Assembly: GCF_018350175.1 (NCBI RefSeq)
Contig: NC_058368.1
Span: 46,440,001 to 46,504,000 of the forward strand
Length of the DNA: 64,000 bases
From: Felis catus
Lineage: Eukaryota
Direction: 5' to 3'
The stretch's first letter is position 1; the number at the start of each line of letters is the position of its first letter. Below, piece by piece: positions 37,346 through 52,436 of this stretch. Made by a program: the position numbers and the translations under genes. The notes beneath the pieces are model-generated. The model did no database searches, was not told where the DNA came from, and was given only the letters and a program-made list of their open reading frames with translations.

Positions 37346-39559
37346 ATCATGTTTTTAATATACAAGATGAAAATATTTGTAAATAAATTATCACTAACCG
37401 ACAACAATAAGGATAAAAAAAAAACTATAGTAAAGGTACATCAGTCTTGCTGTTCTAAGGCAATCAGAATCATAAATTTCTGATAAAGTACATCTTCACA
37501 CATACAAAAAAAAACTATTTGGTATAAGCATCTTCACTGATAGATCATAAAAGGAGACGCAATAGTTATATTTATATTAAACTATTGGTGCTTAGAGATG
37601 TAGCTTCAAATGAAGGTTAAAAACAGAATCTATGAAATCAGAACTAAGAAAATCCTGTCTTCCTGCTTGTGAATGCAGAGGTAAGATGGCCGACTCAACC
37701 CAAAATACGTTTTCACCTTCCACTGACAAGTCATTTGTTTGCTACAGCTGAAGAAAACGTATATAACTAATTTATTTGAGAAACCTGTTAGAAAAAAGAT
37801 ACATTCAACATTTCCCTCCACTGTGTAATGCACGGGGAGCTGTCAAGAAATGTAGTCATGAAGCACAGAGATTTGGATACCACCCCCAGGATTCAGAGAC
37901 CTCCTGACAACTTTTTGATACTCCCAGGAGCATTCTAGGCCTATGAACTAATAAAAGGATTATATTAAGACAGACAAAGGTATGCTGTTTCCAGCCTGCA
38001 GAGATTTAATAACATGCTTAATTCATTATCTGACATAGATGTTACATAAGCACCAAACATTGCTATTAATATGATTTACATTAATTGAATTCTATTTAAT
38101 ACTTTATGAAAGTGTTTTCTTTAATGAATGGCCTTTTAATACTAATGCTCAATATTATAAGAAATTATGATATAAACTGCCTGCGCTGAGTTGAAGAAGA
38201 CATTGACAATTGTCCTTTCAAGCTTGAATAGACATTGTTTTATCACGGGATTTTTTTTTCTCTTAGAATACTGTGCAGAGGAGGCTATTAAAATCCCAAT
38301 CATCATGTTAATTCCTGTTTCTGTATTTATTTATCTGTACCCAAATCATAATCTAAAATACTAAAAAGTATTGCCCTGTGTTACTTAAATTGACTAAAGT
38401 ATAATAGCTTTTATTTAGAGGTGACATATTTATATGTAGCAGGAATTCTTGTGAGCACTTCATTTAATTCAATAATTTCATGAGACAGAAATATTTCCAT
38501 TTTATAAATATGGGAACTGAGGTAGAGATGTGTTAAAAATAGTGTTACTAGAATAAAAATATAGATTTTCTTATTCACTGGTTCATATGGAAAAACTGGT
38601 TCATGGGTTAAGTATTGTGGCCAGCATTACTTTACAGAGAAATCTAAAAAAGTAACAGCTATTGCATTTTATTTTTTTAAACAAATTATAGAATTCTGTA
38701 TTTCTGTCAATTTCTTTATGTATTAGAGGACTTTCTGATATCTAGAACTCTGCCTTGGTCTCATGGTCAGAAAAAATGATTCTCAAAGTCCATGAGTCTA
38801 CATCTGATGACATATTCTAATTCGTTCTTTCCTTCTAAAATTATTAGAGCCCACAGAAATGTGTTGGGTAAACACTGGGTATAAAGACCACTCCTAGATA
38901 CCATGTCCTGGATACCATGACAGAGATAAGGACAACAAAATACAGCGTCTTCTCGAAAAAAGTTTCTTATTGGTAGAATATACAGTTACTTATGATACTA
39001 AGTCTCAAGTAATTTTTTAAAAGAATATTTTTCAAGTACTACAAAGAAGGAATCAGCATCTGTAGTCATCTTGAAACATGAGTGTGGATTTTGACTGACG
39101 GAGGTAAGTGAAAAGGCAGCATTGAAGGTTTTCAAATACCATGATCAAAGACCCTAAGACAGAAAAGTAAGTAATGCTCGAGAAACGATGGGTAGCTTAA
39201 GGCCTCAATGGATGCTCCATTTGCACAGAATTTCTAGACCATAATTTTATAGATTTAGTGTGTTTCTTATGTGCTTTACAGTCCTGGCTATGTTGTAAGA
39301 CCTTTTGCTTGTTTCCTCTGTTACTCTCCCTGGCTCTCCGGTATAGAAGGAAGTTAATTATGTGAATTCTGACTAATACAACCAAAAGGGGTGGGTGAAC
39401 TTGGTAACTATAGATCATATTGTAATAGTATGCGATAGTATGTGAAATATCATGGCTCACCATTTTGTAGATTTTCATGATGAGACTTGAGTGAAAATTA
39501 TGTTAGCTGCTATTGTCAAGATAGAGATTAAAAGTCATCAGATCTAATAATAACTGCAT

Positions 39560-39780
39560 TTAGTCTGCGATTGTCATTACGCTAAATACTTTGATACACA
39601 TTGTACGATTTAACCCTCACAATAACTCTATCAGAAAAATATTGTCATTATGCCCACTTTACAGATGAATGGAATGATGGAGAGAGGATATGTAACTTGA
39701 ATAGACCATAGACTGCTAAGGTAGCAGAGCTGAAAAGTATCAGGTCTGACTGAGCCAAAGTCCACTCTGAACTGCCATTC
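39560..39780 (-). mobile_element. MIR remnant
   Basis: aaccctcacaataactct...cccactttacagatga...gtaacttg. Confidence 0.7.
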
Positions 39781-40699
39781 TAATCACAGAAATGTTTCAG
39801 CTCTGAGGAAATTTACATCAGAAGTAAATAGCCATATGCAGAAGAATTTTTGAAATTCACTTTCAAGGCTGCATTTCTATTCTACAACTCTGAATGTATT
39901 TATTATTTTGAAATACATTTACTGTCTTGAAAAATAATTGAATGTTCCTGCCCCCATACCTTTGCACTTGCTGTTGCTGCTTCCTAGAACACTCTTCAGG
40001 AAGAGGACTCCCTGCCTCAACCTTCCCTAACCCCCATACATCATGGCATTGGATCCAGTTAATAGTTCTGTTCTTTCACCCCAATGTATGTTTAGCCTGA
40101 GTATTGTTTAGAAATACTATATATTTCTTCGCTTATTAGCAACTGTGGTTTGTCTCGTAGGCTTCATGTGAGAAAGAATTTTTGAATATGTTTTGTTCAC
40201 TGCTATATCCCCAAAATATAAGAGCAGTGAGTGGCACAAAGTAAGGACTCAGTAAGTATCTATTAAATGAAAAAAAAAATGAATGAGTGGGTGAAGGAAG
40301 GAAGAGATGCTCACTGCTGACCTATGGCCATCTGAATCTACATTGTCTTTATAGCTATTTAAGTACTTGAGAGGCTGAAGCTATGACGTGTCACAGTGTT
40401 TTGTACGGTGTCAATTTGATAATGATGATGAAGAGGAAGGCCACTGAGTTTTGGCAGTCTTTGCATTATCCTACCTCTACCTAACTAAATACTATAGATC
40501 TGTCTTAGCACTTCAAAATGATGTGGTTGAAAAGACAACACTCCATAAATTATTAAACTAATGGCAATATGTAGAGCTTGAAACCATCAACTAGGGTATT
40601 CTATGCCCAAATATGTACATTTTTGAACTTGGTTTTGAAATCTAGACACATGTATTTAAAAATGTAATTCACATATCCATAATAATACATTTCCTCTTT

Positions 40700-40932
40700 T
40701 TTATTTTTTTAAATATTTTTTATGTGTATTTATTTTTTGAGAGAGAGAGAGAGAGAGGGAAAGCTGGGGGGGGGGGGGGAAGGCAGAGAGAGAGGAAGAG
40801 AAAAAGCACAGAGCCTGACTCAGGACTCAAACTCTCGAACTGTGAGATCATGACCTGAGCTGAAACCAAGAGTCGTCTGACTCTTAACTGAGTCACCCAG
40901 TGGCTTAACTGACTGAGCCACCCAGGTGCCCC
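40700..40932 (-). mobile_element. Can-SINE with a small internal duplication in the head
   Basis: cttaactgagtcacccag followed by cttaactgactgagccacccag. Confidence 0.9.
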
Positions 40933-42505
40933 AAGGTGTACATGTCTAACCATTTGATTTAATCTATGCATCTACATGGTCATCAAAAATAAACCATCTT
41001 GAGACTAAAACTTTGTTTTCATAGATTCCTCCCTACATATGCATGATTATATACAAAAGTCCTAAAATCCTGCATTTAATTGCATTGTAAGGCTACATTA
41101 TTCAAAACATGGTATCAGAACATTTCACTTATTTGGAAAGTTGAAATAGATTCCCATTTTATGCATTTAAGGAAGTAGATTAAGTAATTACATGCTTAAA
41201 AATTGAAAAAGACTAAAAGAAAACTATTCTTGGGATAATAAAGAACTTTATAAGCATGACATTAGTGCCAGAAACTATAAAATTGATTGATAGAATTATC
41301 TGCATAGAAATTAAAAACATTTTTAGGAGACCTAATATTGAAAGATTAGGGACAAAATAAAAAATGTGTACATCAAAGACAAAAGATTATTGCCCTTAAT
41401 TTATAAACAATAAAGAGTTCAATATTAAATGGCAAAAGAATATAAAAAGGAAGAACATAAATATATAATAATAAACATAGAAAAAACTGCAACCTCACTA
41501 GTAAAAAAGAAATCAAAGATCAAACCAAGTATAAAATATCACATTCTGTCCATCACATTGGCAAAGCTAAAAAAAAAAAAAAAAAAAAAAAAAGCACTGA
41601 TACAACACTGATAAAAGTACACACATTGCATATTTTTCAAGGACCACTGGCCTAATGTATCACAATTTTTAATATAAATACTTTTGGCCCAATAGGTTCA
41701 TATTGACAAATCTTAGAATTTATCCTGAGGTAATGAGAGATAGAGAACATGTAAAAATAAAACCCTAAAGGTTCATATAAATGTGTTGATTTGAATACAC
41801 TACAAGAGATCTTTGTTTGAAATTCTAGCAGGTCATTAAAACTATATTTTTAGGAAGCTAAACGAAAAGGATACAAAAACATGTTATGGTAGATTTTTAT
41901 GTTTTACAACAAGCTAGACCATAGTATGGTCACCGTATATGTGCTATCAGTGGTTTTCCTCTTGTATGCGATTATAGGTTAGCTTTACTTTCTTACTGAT
42001 TTTTTGAAATCTTCTAGATATTTGGCAATGGACAAGGTTTTGCTTCATTCTGTTTTGTTTTTAATCAGGAAAGCAAGAAAGTAGAGCATCCAGAGATGGA
42101 TTAGGTGATATTAAAAGCAAATTGTTTTTCAAACACCAGGAAACACTAACAAATAACACTCTGAAAATATTCAAAGTAAATTGTATAATTACAGAAGAGT
42201 ATTTTATTTTAGAAGCATTAGCACAAAATAAAGATAAATAATTAGAAGTGGATCCTAACTTGCCTGTGTATTAGGAGCATAATTTTGAGTCTTTACTGAC
42301 TAGAATTTGTAACTTGGCTATTTCCCTTAGGGCAAGTTTAGCCTCCAAAAGTCCTATAGGAACTGCAAGTCCAAGAGGAACTGCAAATGCAAAAGAAAAC
42401 GTTTTTGTCAAAAACTTTAAAATTTGATGAAAAATGAAGACATGTGGATGGCTAACTACATAGAAAACTCTCAGCTTTACTTACACTTTGAGGTAGTCAA
42501 CTTTC

Positions 42506-42568
42506 TTTGTGTTTTTCTTTTTTGTTTGTTTTTATTTTAGAGAAAGAGCAAGAAGGAGAGGAGCAGGG

Positions 42569-42610
<42 letters not shown>

Positions 42611-42732
42611 CTTGAGCAGGCTCCACGCTCAGCTCAGAGCTTGAGACACGGCTGGATCCCACGACCCTGGGATTATGATCTGAGCCTAACTCAAGAACAG
42701 AGGCTCAATTTACTGAACCACCCGGGTGCCCC
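42506..42732 (-). mobile_element. Can-SINE with (GA)n
   Basis: TSD aggt(a/g)gtcaactttc. Confidence 0.92.
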
Positions 42733-42891
42733 AAGGTGGTCAACTTTCAAATTTCATTTCTTTTTTTGTTAACATTTAATCTAACTTTTCTGAAAACTAG
42801 CTTTCCATATTCCCAAACACAGGGCTTCTTCAGACCTCAAAAACGAATATTAAACCGTAAGTTCTCCCAGTTTGAGTGAGAAAGAGTAGTA

Positions 42892-43341
42892 CAGTGGTCC
42901 CTCCTTATCTGTTGGGAAGATATGCTCTAAGACCTCCAGTCGATGCCTGAAACCACAGGCAGTACCGAACTATATACTGGTTTTTCTTATACATACATAT
43001 CTAAAATAAAGTTTAATTTACAAGTTAGGTACAGTAAGAGAGTAACAATAATAATTAATAATAAAATATAACAACTATAACAACATACTATAATAAAAGT
43101 TATGTAAATGTGGTCTCTCTCTCAAACTGTTTTATTGTACTACACTCCCCTCCATCTCTCGTGATGATGGGAGGTGACAAAATGCTTACGTGCTGAAATG
43201 AAGTGAGGCAAATGACAGAGGCCCTGTGATGCAGCATTAGGCTGCTACAGACCTTTTGACATTATGCAAGAAGGGGAATCATCTGCTTTCAGACTATGTT
43301 GACATCAGGTAACTGAAACCAGAGATAAGAAGGGACTACTA
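42892..43341. mobile_element. MER44/Tigger7-type non-autonomous DNA transposon
   Basis: Terminal inverted repeats cagtggtccctccttatc and gataagaagggactacta, TA flanks, internal gatgcctgaaacc...aaagtttaattta. Confidence 0.85.
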
Positions 43342-43526
43342 TATATCTTCCTACAAGATCTGGTACAAAACTCCATACTCGTGTTGGGTTTACTGTTAAG
43401 ATTTACTATACCTAAATGGGTGATGTGTGGTGGGTAGTTTATGAGCAAAGCCTAGTAGTAGGTAAGGTATCAATCTGAACAGGATTAAAAATAACAATGG
43501 TAGAATTTTGCTATAGAAGACATTTG

Positions 43527-43720
43527 GGGGGCACCTGGGTGGTTCAGTAGGTTGCGCAACCAACTCTTGATTTTGGCTCAGGTTCATGGGATCAAGTGCT
43601 GCATCAGGCTCTGTGCTGACAGTGCGGAACCTGCTTGGGATTCTCTCTCTCCCTCTCTCTCTGCCCCTCCTCCCTCTCTTTTCCTCTCTCAAAATAAATA
43701 AATAAATATTTTTTTAAAAA
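43527..43720 (+). mobile_element. Can-SINE
   Basis: Typical architecture. Confidence 0.93.
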
Positions 43721-46700
43721 AGAACTTTGAATCAATCCAAGGAATTTCTCTTGTTTTCAACTTTCACACAAAACTCTTCATAAAGTTGGAAGAAATATTT
43801 GAAGTGGTGTCAAAACCCATATTAACTCTCTCAAATAAACATTTTAGTCAAATATATAAAATTTTTATAGATTCACTGTATGCCAAAATGCTAATCGCTT
43901 TTCATCAAAACATTGTAAAAGTGATGCTCCTTTTCTTGTTTTGCCCAGTTCTAAATTTGTACTGCCTAAACCAGTTGATTGCATCATCTTAATTTTAAAT
44001 GCACCTTTTCTGTTATATTGTTTAGTCTCTGTTTGTTAGATTTTCTTGACTAATGTATTCTGAAGTTCTGTAAAAAGCATACATGTGCACATGTGCATGC
44101 ACATACACCGTTTTGACACGTGCTAACATTCTCCATACATGCTAAAGCCAGCGAAATGGCAAATGGAGGGAGAAAAAAGAAAAAAGAAAGGACAAAGAAA
44201 TAAAACAAAAAATTGATCTCAGCGAAAACTGAAAGGCATTCCTACTGTTAAGAAAGCAAGTTCAGGAACATACAGCAAGAGACAGCTTTAATTTATATGA
44301 TACATTTACGGAAGTGCCATAGAGGAGGTTAAACCACTGAGAGTACCTGGACTAGCCCCCTACGCACAAACATACTAATATTCTAATGTTGTGGGAAGGA
44401 AGATGCCTTTAGCTTTTCCCCCTCTGTAGAACTCGAGTAAATAATGCAAACTTCATATTTGAAAACAACAATTAATACATGTGGATGTTTCTAAACGTTT
44501 CATATCCCTCACCACATCTTAGCTTTTAACTGGCTAAGAGAAGTTCAAAAAGATTAACTTTTAATAAGTTAAAAGCAAAATCCATTAATTAACTGAAGTT
44601 AATTTAAAGACTTCTAAATTTTAACTTTAGTGAATTATTTTCTAGTAACTTTTCCTGAATTATAGATTAAAAAATACAAAACCAGCACTTGACCTAAAAT
44701 CTAAAATCAGACTTGCTAATAAACCTTTACCAGTTCTCCTTGATCTTCAAGCATGTAGTAGATATTAATAATTTGCAGGACTGATAGATGTATACATGCA
44801 GAAATGAGGTACACACAAAAGGGTATTAACTGACAGCATTTTTAACAGAAACACAGGTTCATTTAAGTAGATCTTTTTTCATAAATGTTTATATATATAT
44901 GAATATGAATCAATAAATATGAATGCTTATTAAATTGCTACATGATCAAGATATTTTCTTGGTAAGAAAATATTTAAATCTGAGATATAATAAACTCAGT
45001 ATGATTGTTGATAACTATAACATTTATAATTATTACATGTAATTTTAGATGCAGTTTTCCCCAAATGATCATACTTAATTCACCACGTAGCCTTCCCATA
45101 ATACACGAATGCATATCACTCTGTATCTTATTACCAATTAATTTCTATTTGATGACTTTTTGCTCAGATATGTAAGTGAAAATCACTTAAACATCAAAGC
45201 ATGGAGACCAGAAAGACTGAATGGAAAAGGAAATGGGAAACAGCGGCAGAATGAAAGGAGAATTGGTATGAGGTAGTTAAGAGAGTAACTAGGGTTGGGA
45301 GAAGAAATTTAAGATATATACTACAATGATAAAGTAGAAATAAAATAAAGAGGAATAAGGTTTTAGTGAGGTGGAAAGAAAAATAAAACTCAGAAGGGAT
45401 CTTACATGAGATGATAAAGTGTAGGTAGGGAAACAGAACGGCATGGTATGTTCATCCCAAGAAAGGAAGTATAAGGAAAAATTCGGGGTTTGTAATGAGG
45501 TGTGAATTCAATTCCATGCTATTTCATTGTGTTTGCTTCTGCAGTTGTTTTTAGACACGGGAGCCTAAATCCCTGGTTCACTGCTCTCCTGCAACATTGC
45601 AGTCATATTTAATCTTTTCTGTGATGACCAACTGCCATGACACCATTACACAAACTAGCCCGTCCAGCTTCACAGCTGCCATTAACAACATAGCCAACCC
45701 CAAATTCTATAAACACATTTGTACACACACACACACACACACAAGCACACACACGTGTATGATTCACATGTGTACACAGTGGGCAAGCTTTCGTTTCTGC
45801 TACTGCCTTCTTCTTTTGCTTCTTCTCTTTCTTATCAAAAGAATGTTTTCAACAGATATTTGAATGAAGCTATGCAAAATCCGTGCTTTCCCTGTCCTAT
45901 CCCATGCTGCAACATTGTATTCTAAAGATCAAACAAGGCTCAAGGAATGTGTATACTAAACTCAAATTATTCACATCCAAAGTACTTTTGAAAAATGTGA
46001 AATAAGTTCTCAATTTGAAAGGACTCTAAATTGCACATCATTTTCATATGAATTTCACCTTTATGACAGTAAATTAAAATGAAAATCATATAGTGCATTT
46101 AAATCTACATTTCTTGCAAAATGGTTTCGAAAGTTTGCCACCAATGAATTATTTTCTTGATTAGCTTAAAGTACTATGAAACAGGGAAGAAAGAAAATAA
46201 TTCTGGGCTTATATAAACATCTACCTTCAATAGCTTAGCAAGCAAACATTAACAAATACTTTACATCCTATTTACTTACAATAGTCCTATAAAACAATAA
46301 ACCTCTGAAAGCAATTACTTTAAATTTATTTTTCCTCCACATTGAAGCAGAAAATATTTGTCACGCAAAAGTTAGCATTGAACTTGTATAATAATAGAGA
46401 TTTACTGAGACAAGGAACAATGTTGATTAAAAAAAATAAAAGCACTGAAATATACCCTAACATCTTTCCTGAAACACATGATAATAATTATCTTAGGAAA
46501 AGGTGGTGCTGACAGCAGCATAAATGATGCCACCAAATGGAGAGTTAATTTTATTTTAAAGGATTAAACCATAAATTACTTCTTTAAAATTAGTGAGAAA
46601 AAAATAGATCCCTCCTAAAGTCAATTTAATCAATTCGCAAGAATTTTGTACAAGAGAAAAAATTATTAGACCATAACATTCCAAGAGGTTATATGAAAAT

Positions 46701-47084
46701 CATATTAAAGAGCCTGGCCACTCTTATTAAGGAACTAATTTAGAATATATATGACTGAATTTTCAAATATCTGTTTAATAACCTATATTCTAACATATTT
46801 ATTGCCATCTCAAGCTAGACTTTAAGAGTAATTGGTTAGGATTTCCTCACTCTTAAAGATTGTTCTTTTTCAAAAATTTACTTCTAAATAAGAACTCTAC
46901 TTTCTTGCTCGTTGGAGTATGTATGTTAGCATAGCCAAAGGATAGGAGGCATTTAGTAAATTCATGTTGACTAATATATGCTATCCTATTATTTGTTCAC
47001 ATTCTCTTTCTTCAGTGCCATTTGCTACACTTTCCTGAAGGTAGTATAGGAAAAATACACTATTTCAATGTAGAAGGTTTTCCC

Positions 47085-47328
47085 TTCTTAGGACTTGCTG
47101 TGGCCAAGGGAATGTGAACAGATGTGACACACGCCATAACAGAAGTCTGGCATGCACTTGTACAGCTCTGCCCCTTCCTGAGCTTCTGCTCTTCCATGAA
47201 ACACACAGGACAACAGACCCCAATGAGGCCCAATAGACTTGCCCATCACTGGGAGTAGAAATAAAAGTCTGTTGTCATAACCCACCTAGATTTTGGTGTT
47301 GTTTGTTACTGTAGGGAAAGCTGACTAT
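47085..47328 (+). mobile_element. Old MaLR LTR fragment (MLT1J/K-like)
   Basis: gacttgctgtggccaagggaatgtga...gattttggtgttgtttgttactg. Confidence 0.6.
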
Positions 47329-50182
47329 GCAAGATGCATCATAAATACCGTAATTATTGGTTGTAACTACTTAAAATGTAAGAGCATATACAGGCCACAG
47401 CTCAATTGCTAATATTATGCATCAGAAGTAAACATACTTTTTGTGAAAAGAAACCCAGAGTCTTCAACTCCTGTGGGTAGGGTAAGGAATCTGCATAGAA
47501 TTAACAGTAGACTCTTAATCAGAGTAAATCTGTTCCTCCCAGCTAATTCTTGATTTACTCTTATGGGAGAAGATAGGAAACAAAGTTGCATTTTGAATGA
47601 TGATACCAATTATGTGAAGTCTACACATTAAGACTAGATGCACTGATAAACCTGGACTTACTAACAATTGCAATTTGATTATTAACAAATGGTCCAAAAT
47701 CACCTGCCCAAGTATGGGCAGAAAAAGGTGGGCACAACCTTAAAATGCAGTCACTACAATAAAAGGCTTTTTACTGAATTGAAAAGAGAACAATAAAAAC
47801 TCACTTTCAACCTACTTAAATAATGGCATTTAATTTCTTTTCAAATAAGGAAGAGCAGAACTAAGCAGGTGTTAATAAACATTAAAATAATTTATTACAA
47901 GTATGCTTCTTTGTTTCCAAAATCACTAGAGTAGTTTCTCTGATAAAATTTGATTTGAAAAGTATTAATTTACATTTATACTTTTATGATAGTAATGTGA
48001 GAACAAGCACTAACTTATATTTACTGTCCCATTTATATTATAAAGAATTATCCATTGTGTTTAAAGATAATGGTGATTAAGACAGGTCTAGGACAGAATC
48101 AAAAATTATTAAATAGCTACAAAGCACCCAATGATTATTATCAAGGTGAAGCACCTAAGTCCTGGACTTGGTTTTCTTCTAATGATAATATATTATGTTG
48201 AGATGTTGACCTTTATTTATCCAATGACTCCTGGTTGGAAGTAAGAATTAAGTCCATGGCCAAAAATGAGAAAAAATTGGCCCTACAGCACTATTTAGTG
48301 ACCAGAATGATATTGGCTACAACTCTCAGCACATTGGGGCTCATTTAAAGAAACTATCCTATATGTAAATGAGTATTTATGGTGAGTGTATGCAAGAGGG
48401 TGGTGCAAACAACATTAAAAATAATCATTAAAATATCATTAAACATCATTAAAAATGAATTTATTCAAAAACTGTTTTTACGGATTCAACTTCTTCACTG
48501 AATTCACACAGCCCAAGCCTATGAATGAACGCATAGGTAGATAGGTAATTTCTCACCTACCAAGAAACTCCTCCAATCCATCGATAACTCAGATTTTGGG
48601 GAAATTATTTCTGCTGTTAACTTGCCATCAGACTTGCCAACTAGATTTTCCATCTCATCCACACATCAACTTTTTACTTTTTAAAACCAACTATATCAAA
48701 TCTCATCTGTTTTCAGAATGCCATGAAGTCTCCACCATAATGATAGGCAAATTATTATATAGTTCATAAGAATTTTGTAAATGTGCTCAATTCATATCTC
48801 CTCCATCTTTTCCTCACCCCCAGAGCCCTAAACCAGCAACTAATCTTGAATTGATGCCTTTATCTTTTGTACACTTATATGTCTTATATTTATTCCTGTT
48901 TATTTTTTTTCTTGTTGGAAACAGGTCATTTTTTTCTCATCAATCAAGAATTTTAGTGATCATAACCTTCTCATCATGAATAAATCCTAACCTTACCACC
49001 TAAAATATTTTCTAATGTAAATATTACAGGTCTCAGAACAGAGCCCTATAGAGTTTCAGAGTTCTTAAGTGGCATTTTATTATGTACATCATCATCTATA
49101 AAAAATCAGGAAAACATAAAGGAGCAAAAAGTTAAGAATATACATATTATTGATCCTGCTTAAATTTAAGAAGCTAATATGTATGGACACAATACTTGCA
49201 TTTTTATAATGATGAAGATGAATTTTTAAAATAACAGTTCCTTAATTAAAATCCCAACAAGACAGCATATTTGTAAATATTCAGATTTGAAATAATCAAA
49301 ACAGTGAGACATACTTTCCCAATTTGCTTGCTATTTCATTTTTAGTATCTGAACTTTAGCAAAATTCTGTGATGTGATTAGTTGGACAACTTCCATGCTC
49401 TTAATATGCTGGTTTGATATAAAAATAAAACTGCTTTTTTTCAAAAATATGAACTATTATGTTTTCCTAATGATTTCACTGGACAAAATACTTTTTCAGA
49501 ACAATTTTATTTGTTGATGCTAATTTTCTTCCATCGCACATTGTATTCTAAATCTATTGTTTCTGAAGAAAATGGGTATTTTTATTTGAAGTGTTGCATA
49601 ATGTTCAATAAAGTTAAAATGCATTCATTTTCATATGAGAATCAATTTAATACTGTCTAATCTAGAATTATTCTTTGTACTCTATTTCAAAATGAATTCT
49701 CACACGTGTAATGAATCTGCCTCAGTATTAAGAATTCGTTTTGATTACTGAAATTATTTTAAAGATGTTATTGATAAATCATGATTTTCATTTTAATTTA
49801 CGCAAAAAACTTTATGTCCCCAAAATATTTTATACTTAAGTCTTGGAGAAATACACATTTAGATTCTTTTCTCCACACCAGTATCTTCCTACTCAACTCA
49901 ATGCAGTTTAGTAATCCTTTCTTTTTGTGAGGACATTTGCTAGGTTACAGAACATTAAAGAAGATCAAGATGTGGTGTGTTCCCTCATGAACCACTCATA
50001 AGCTCTAGGGGTGACAGACACATACATATACATGCAACAAACATTATGTTGTAAATGCCAAATCACAAGGGGGTGAATGACATGCTCTGGGAGCATTTCT
50101 TGAGGAAGGGCCAGCAGGGTATGCAAGCAATGCAGTTTCACAGGGATACTCTTAGAAGACATTCTTGTGCCAGATTTAGTGC

Positions 50183-50265
50183 TCTACTGTCGCCATCTTG
50201 AATTCCTATCATTTTTTAATAAAGAGCCCCACATTTTCATTTTGCACTGGGCTGGTCCTAAATAT
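50183..50265. mobile_element. MER53-like hAT fragment inside an L2 remnant
   Basis: gccatcttgaattc...cattttcattttgcactgggc. Confidence 0.6.
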
Positions 50266-50586
50266 GAACTTGTGTGTATGACAACCAAGGGCAGATGGTG
50301 GACACTGGGGAAGTAGAGTAGCTCTAAGCTTCCCAGAATTGTTGATACTTGATTTTGGTCTTGAAGGTGAACTGGAATCCACAAAGAGATGAGGAGGAGA
50401 AGAGGCAAATATTCCAGAGAGAAGATATAGAACAAAGACATGAAAAAAAAAACTTGCTTAAGAATAATAATTAGGGTCTCACATCAAGGCAACATGAAGT
50501 TAAAAGAATAATTTGTAATCGGATTTCCAAGGGCCTTAAAGGCCTAGCTAGTAGGTTGGATTGTATTTATATAAAAGTGATAAGTT

Positions 50587-50786
50587 GGGACACCTGAGTG
50601 GCTCAGACAGTTAAGTGACCAGCTCTTGATTTCTGCTCAGGTCATGATCTCACAGTTCCTGGGATTGAGCCCCACGTCAGAGTCTCCCAGAGCCTGCTTG
50701 GGATTCTTACTTTCCCTCTCTCTCTGCCCCTCCCACACAATTCCCCCACTTCTTTCTCTCTCTCTCAATAAATAAATAAACTTAAA
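50587..50786 (+). mobile_element. Can-SINE
   Basis: Typical; aaaagtgat flanks. Confidence 0.92.
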
Positions 50787-50808
50787 AAAAGTGATGACTT
50801 TAAGCAAG

Positions 50809-50892
50809 GAAATGAAATGAAATGAAATGAAATGAAATGAAATGAAATGAAATGAAATGAAATGACATGACATGATATGACATGACATGACA
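50809..50892. repeat. Compound pentanucleotide repeat (GAAAT)11 then (GACAT)n
   Basis: Direct observation. Confidence 0.97.
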
Positions 50893-51622
50893 GCTGGTGC
50901 CAGGGGTGAAGCCGTGGAGATAGACTAGAGCATGAAACCTCTGCTAGAACATAATGGCAGAAATCTAGATAAAATAGGATGACAGGTTGTAGACAGCAAC
51001 GGAAGTGGGGATGAAGAGATGGATATGCAAACAGATATTCGAGGGCACACAGTGTTTTATAAACAGATCCCACGATCTGTCTTTCATCCTTGAAAGACAG
51101 CACATAAGATAATTTCATCAGGCCCACTGAAATGGACAAAAATGATAATATACTTGAAGAATACTACAATTTTTTTTTGTTCAAAAGTTACTAATCATGT
51201 ATAAATTAAAATGAGGCCACTGAAGCTTTATAGCAAAGGACTAGCAATTTTAACTAAAACCAAAAATGAAAAAGAATAAAAAATAAAATGCTGATCAAGA
51301 ATCTATTAATCATACAAAATACAAACTATCTCTTCTGCACTCATATACCTTTATCTATAGCACCAAATAAATCAACAAGCATACTATAAAGTCAAATTAA
51401 AGGCTAATATTAAAATGAGTTTGATATGATGGAATCAAATCAGTTGATTTATAATTTTTTCATTTCTCATCTTATTCCTTTGAAATAGGAATATGATCAT
51501 ATTAACTAAGGAAATGACCCCTTTTATATGTCCCAGAGAAAATAAAAAAACTGTATTTTTCCAAATACAGATCTGAAGAGAGACACTGTATATTTTACTT
51601 TGGGCTAAAAAACTTAGTTGGA

Positions 51623-51732
51623 GGGGGCATCTGGCTGGTTCAGTCAGTAGAGCATGTGACTCTTGATCCCAGGGTCATGAGTTCAAATCCCACGTTGGGT
51701 GTAGAGCCTACTTAAAAAACAAAATCAAAAAC
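51623..51732 (+). mobile_element. Short Can-SINE (tRNA-like head plus A tail)
   Basis: TSD aaaactta(g/c)ttgga. Confidence 0.9.
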
Positions 51733-51786
51733 AAAACTTACTTGGAAACTACTTAATATGACTTTTTAGATGGAATTTTTCTGATA

Positions 51787-52022
51787 ATTTTTAAAATTTT
51801 TTTTACATTTATTTACTTTTGAGAAACAGAGTGAGACAAAGTGTGAGTGGGGGAGGGGCAGAGAAGGAGGGGCAGAGAAGGAGACACAGAATCTGAAACA
51901 GGCTCCAGGCTCTGAGCAAATGGTCAGCACAGAGCCTGACATGGGGATCGAACCCATGAACCATGAGATCATGACCTGAGCTGAAGTTGGACGCTCAACT
52001 TACTGAGCCACCCAGGGACCCC
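51787..52022 (-). mobile_element. Can-SINE
   Basis: Reverse-oriented; tttctgata flanks; internal ggggcagagaagga duplication. Confidence 0.93.
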
Positions 52023-52436
52023 TTTCTGATATTTTTCGAATCAAACTATTATGCTTTCTTTTGTTTAATTTTATAGCTACCATGTAAAGAATGTGATAAT
52101 TACAGAAGTATAATAATTACAAAATAATCTTTGCTGAAGGTATCAACAGCACATAGTGACTTTCACAATGTAATGGGATTTACAAGACATTCAAATCAGC
52201 AAGCTACTATCTCCTAAGTATTGTCCTTTACCAACTTCTTTTTTCTTTTTAAAATCAACTTCTTTTCAATCTTAAAATGCTGCTTATGATTGTTATTTTG
52301 TCAATCATTTTTCTCAGGGTTCTTAAGTATTTTAAAAATGACTATAACTTATTCATAGCCAAACTGTATAGGTACTCTTTTGTAATATTGAGTCATCACC
52401 AAAATCTATAAAGTTTTGCTCTTGAGTAATAAAACG

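Noticed and set aside
37655..37690. + strand donor GAG|gtaaga suggesting an antisense exon
   Set aside because: There is no supported acceptor, frame or partner exon, and such sites occur by chance in 64 kb.
31749..38920. Scattered 10-14 bp direct duplications (e.g. aaatcgacataa x2, tcct(a/g)gataccatg x2)
   Set aside because: Ordinary slippage micro-duplications with no shared motif.
51623..51732. tRNA gene
   Set aside because: The tRNA-like A/B boxes are followed by an A tail and flanked by TSDs, so this is a short Can-SINE.
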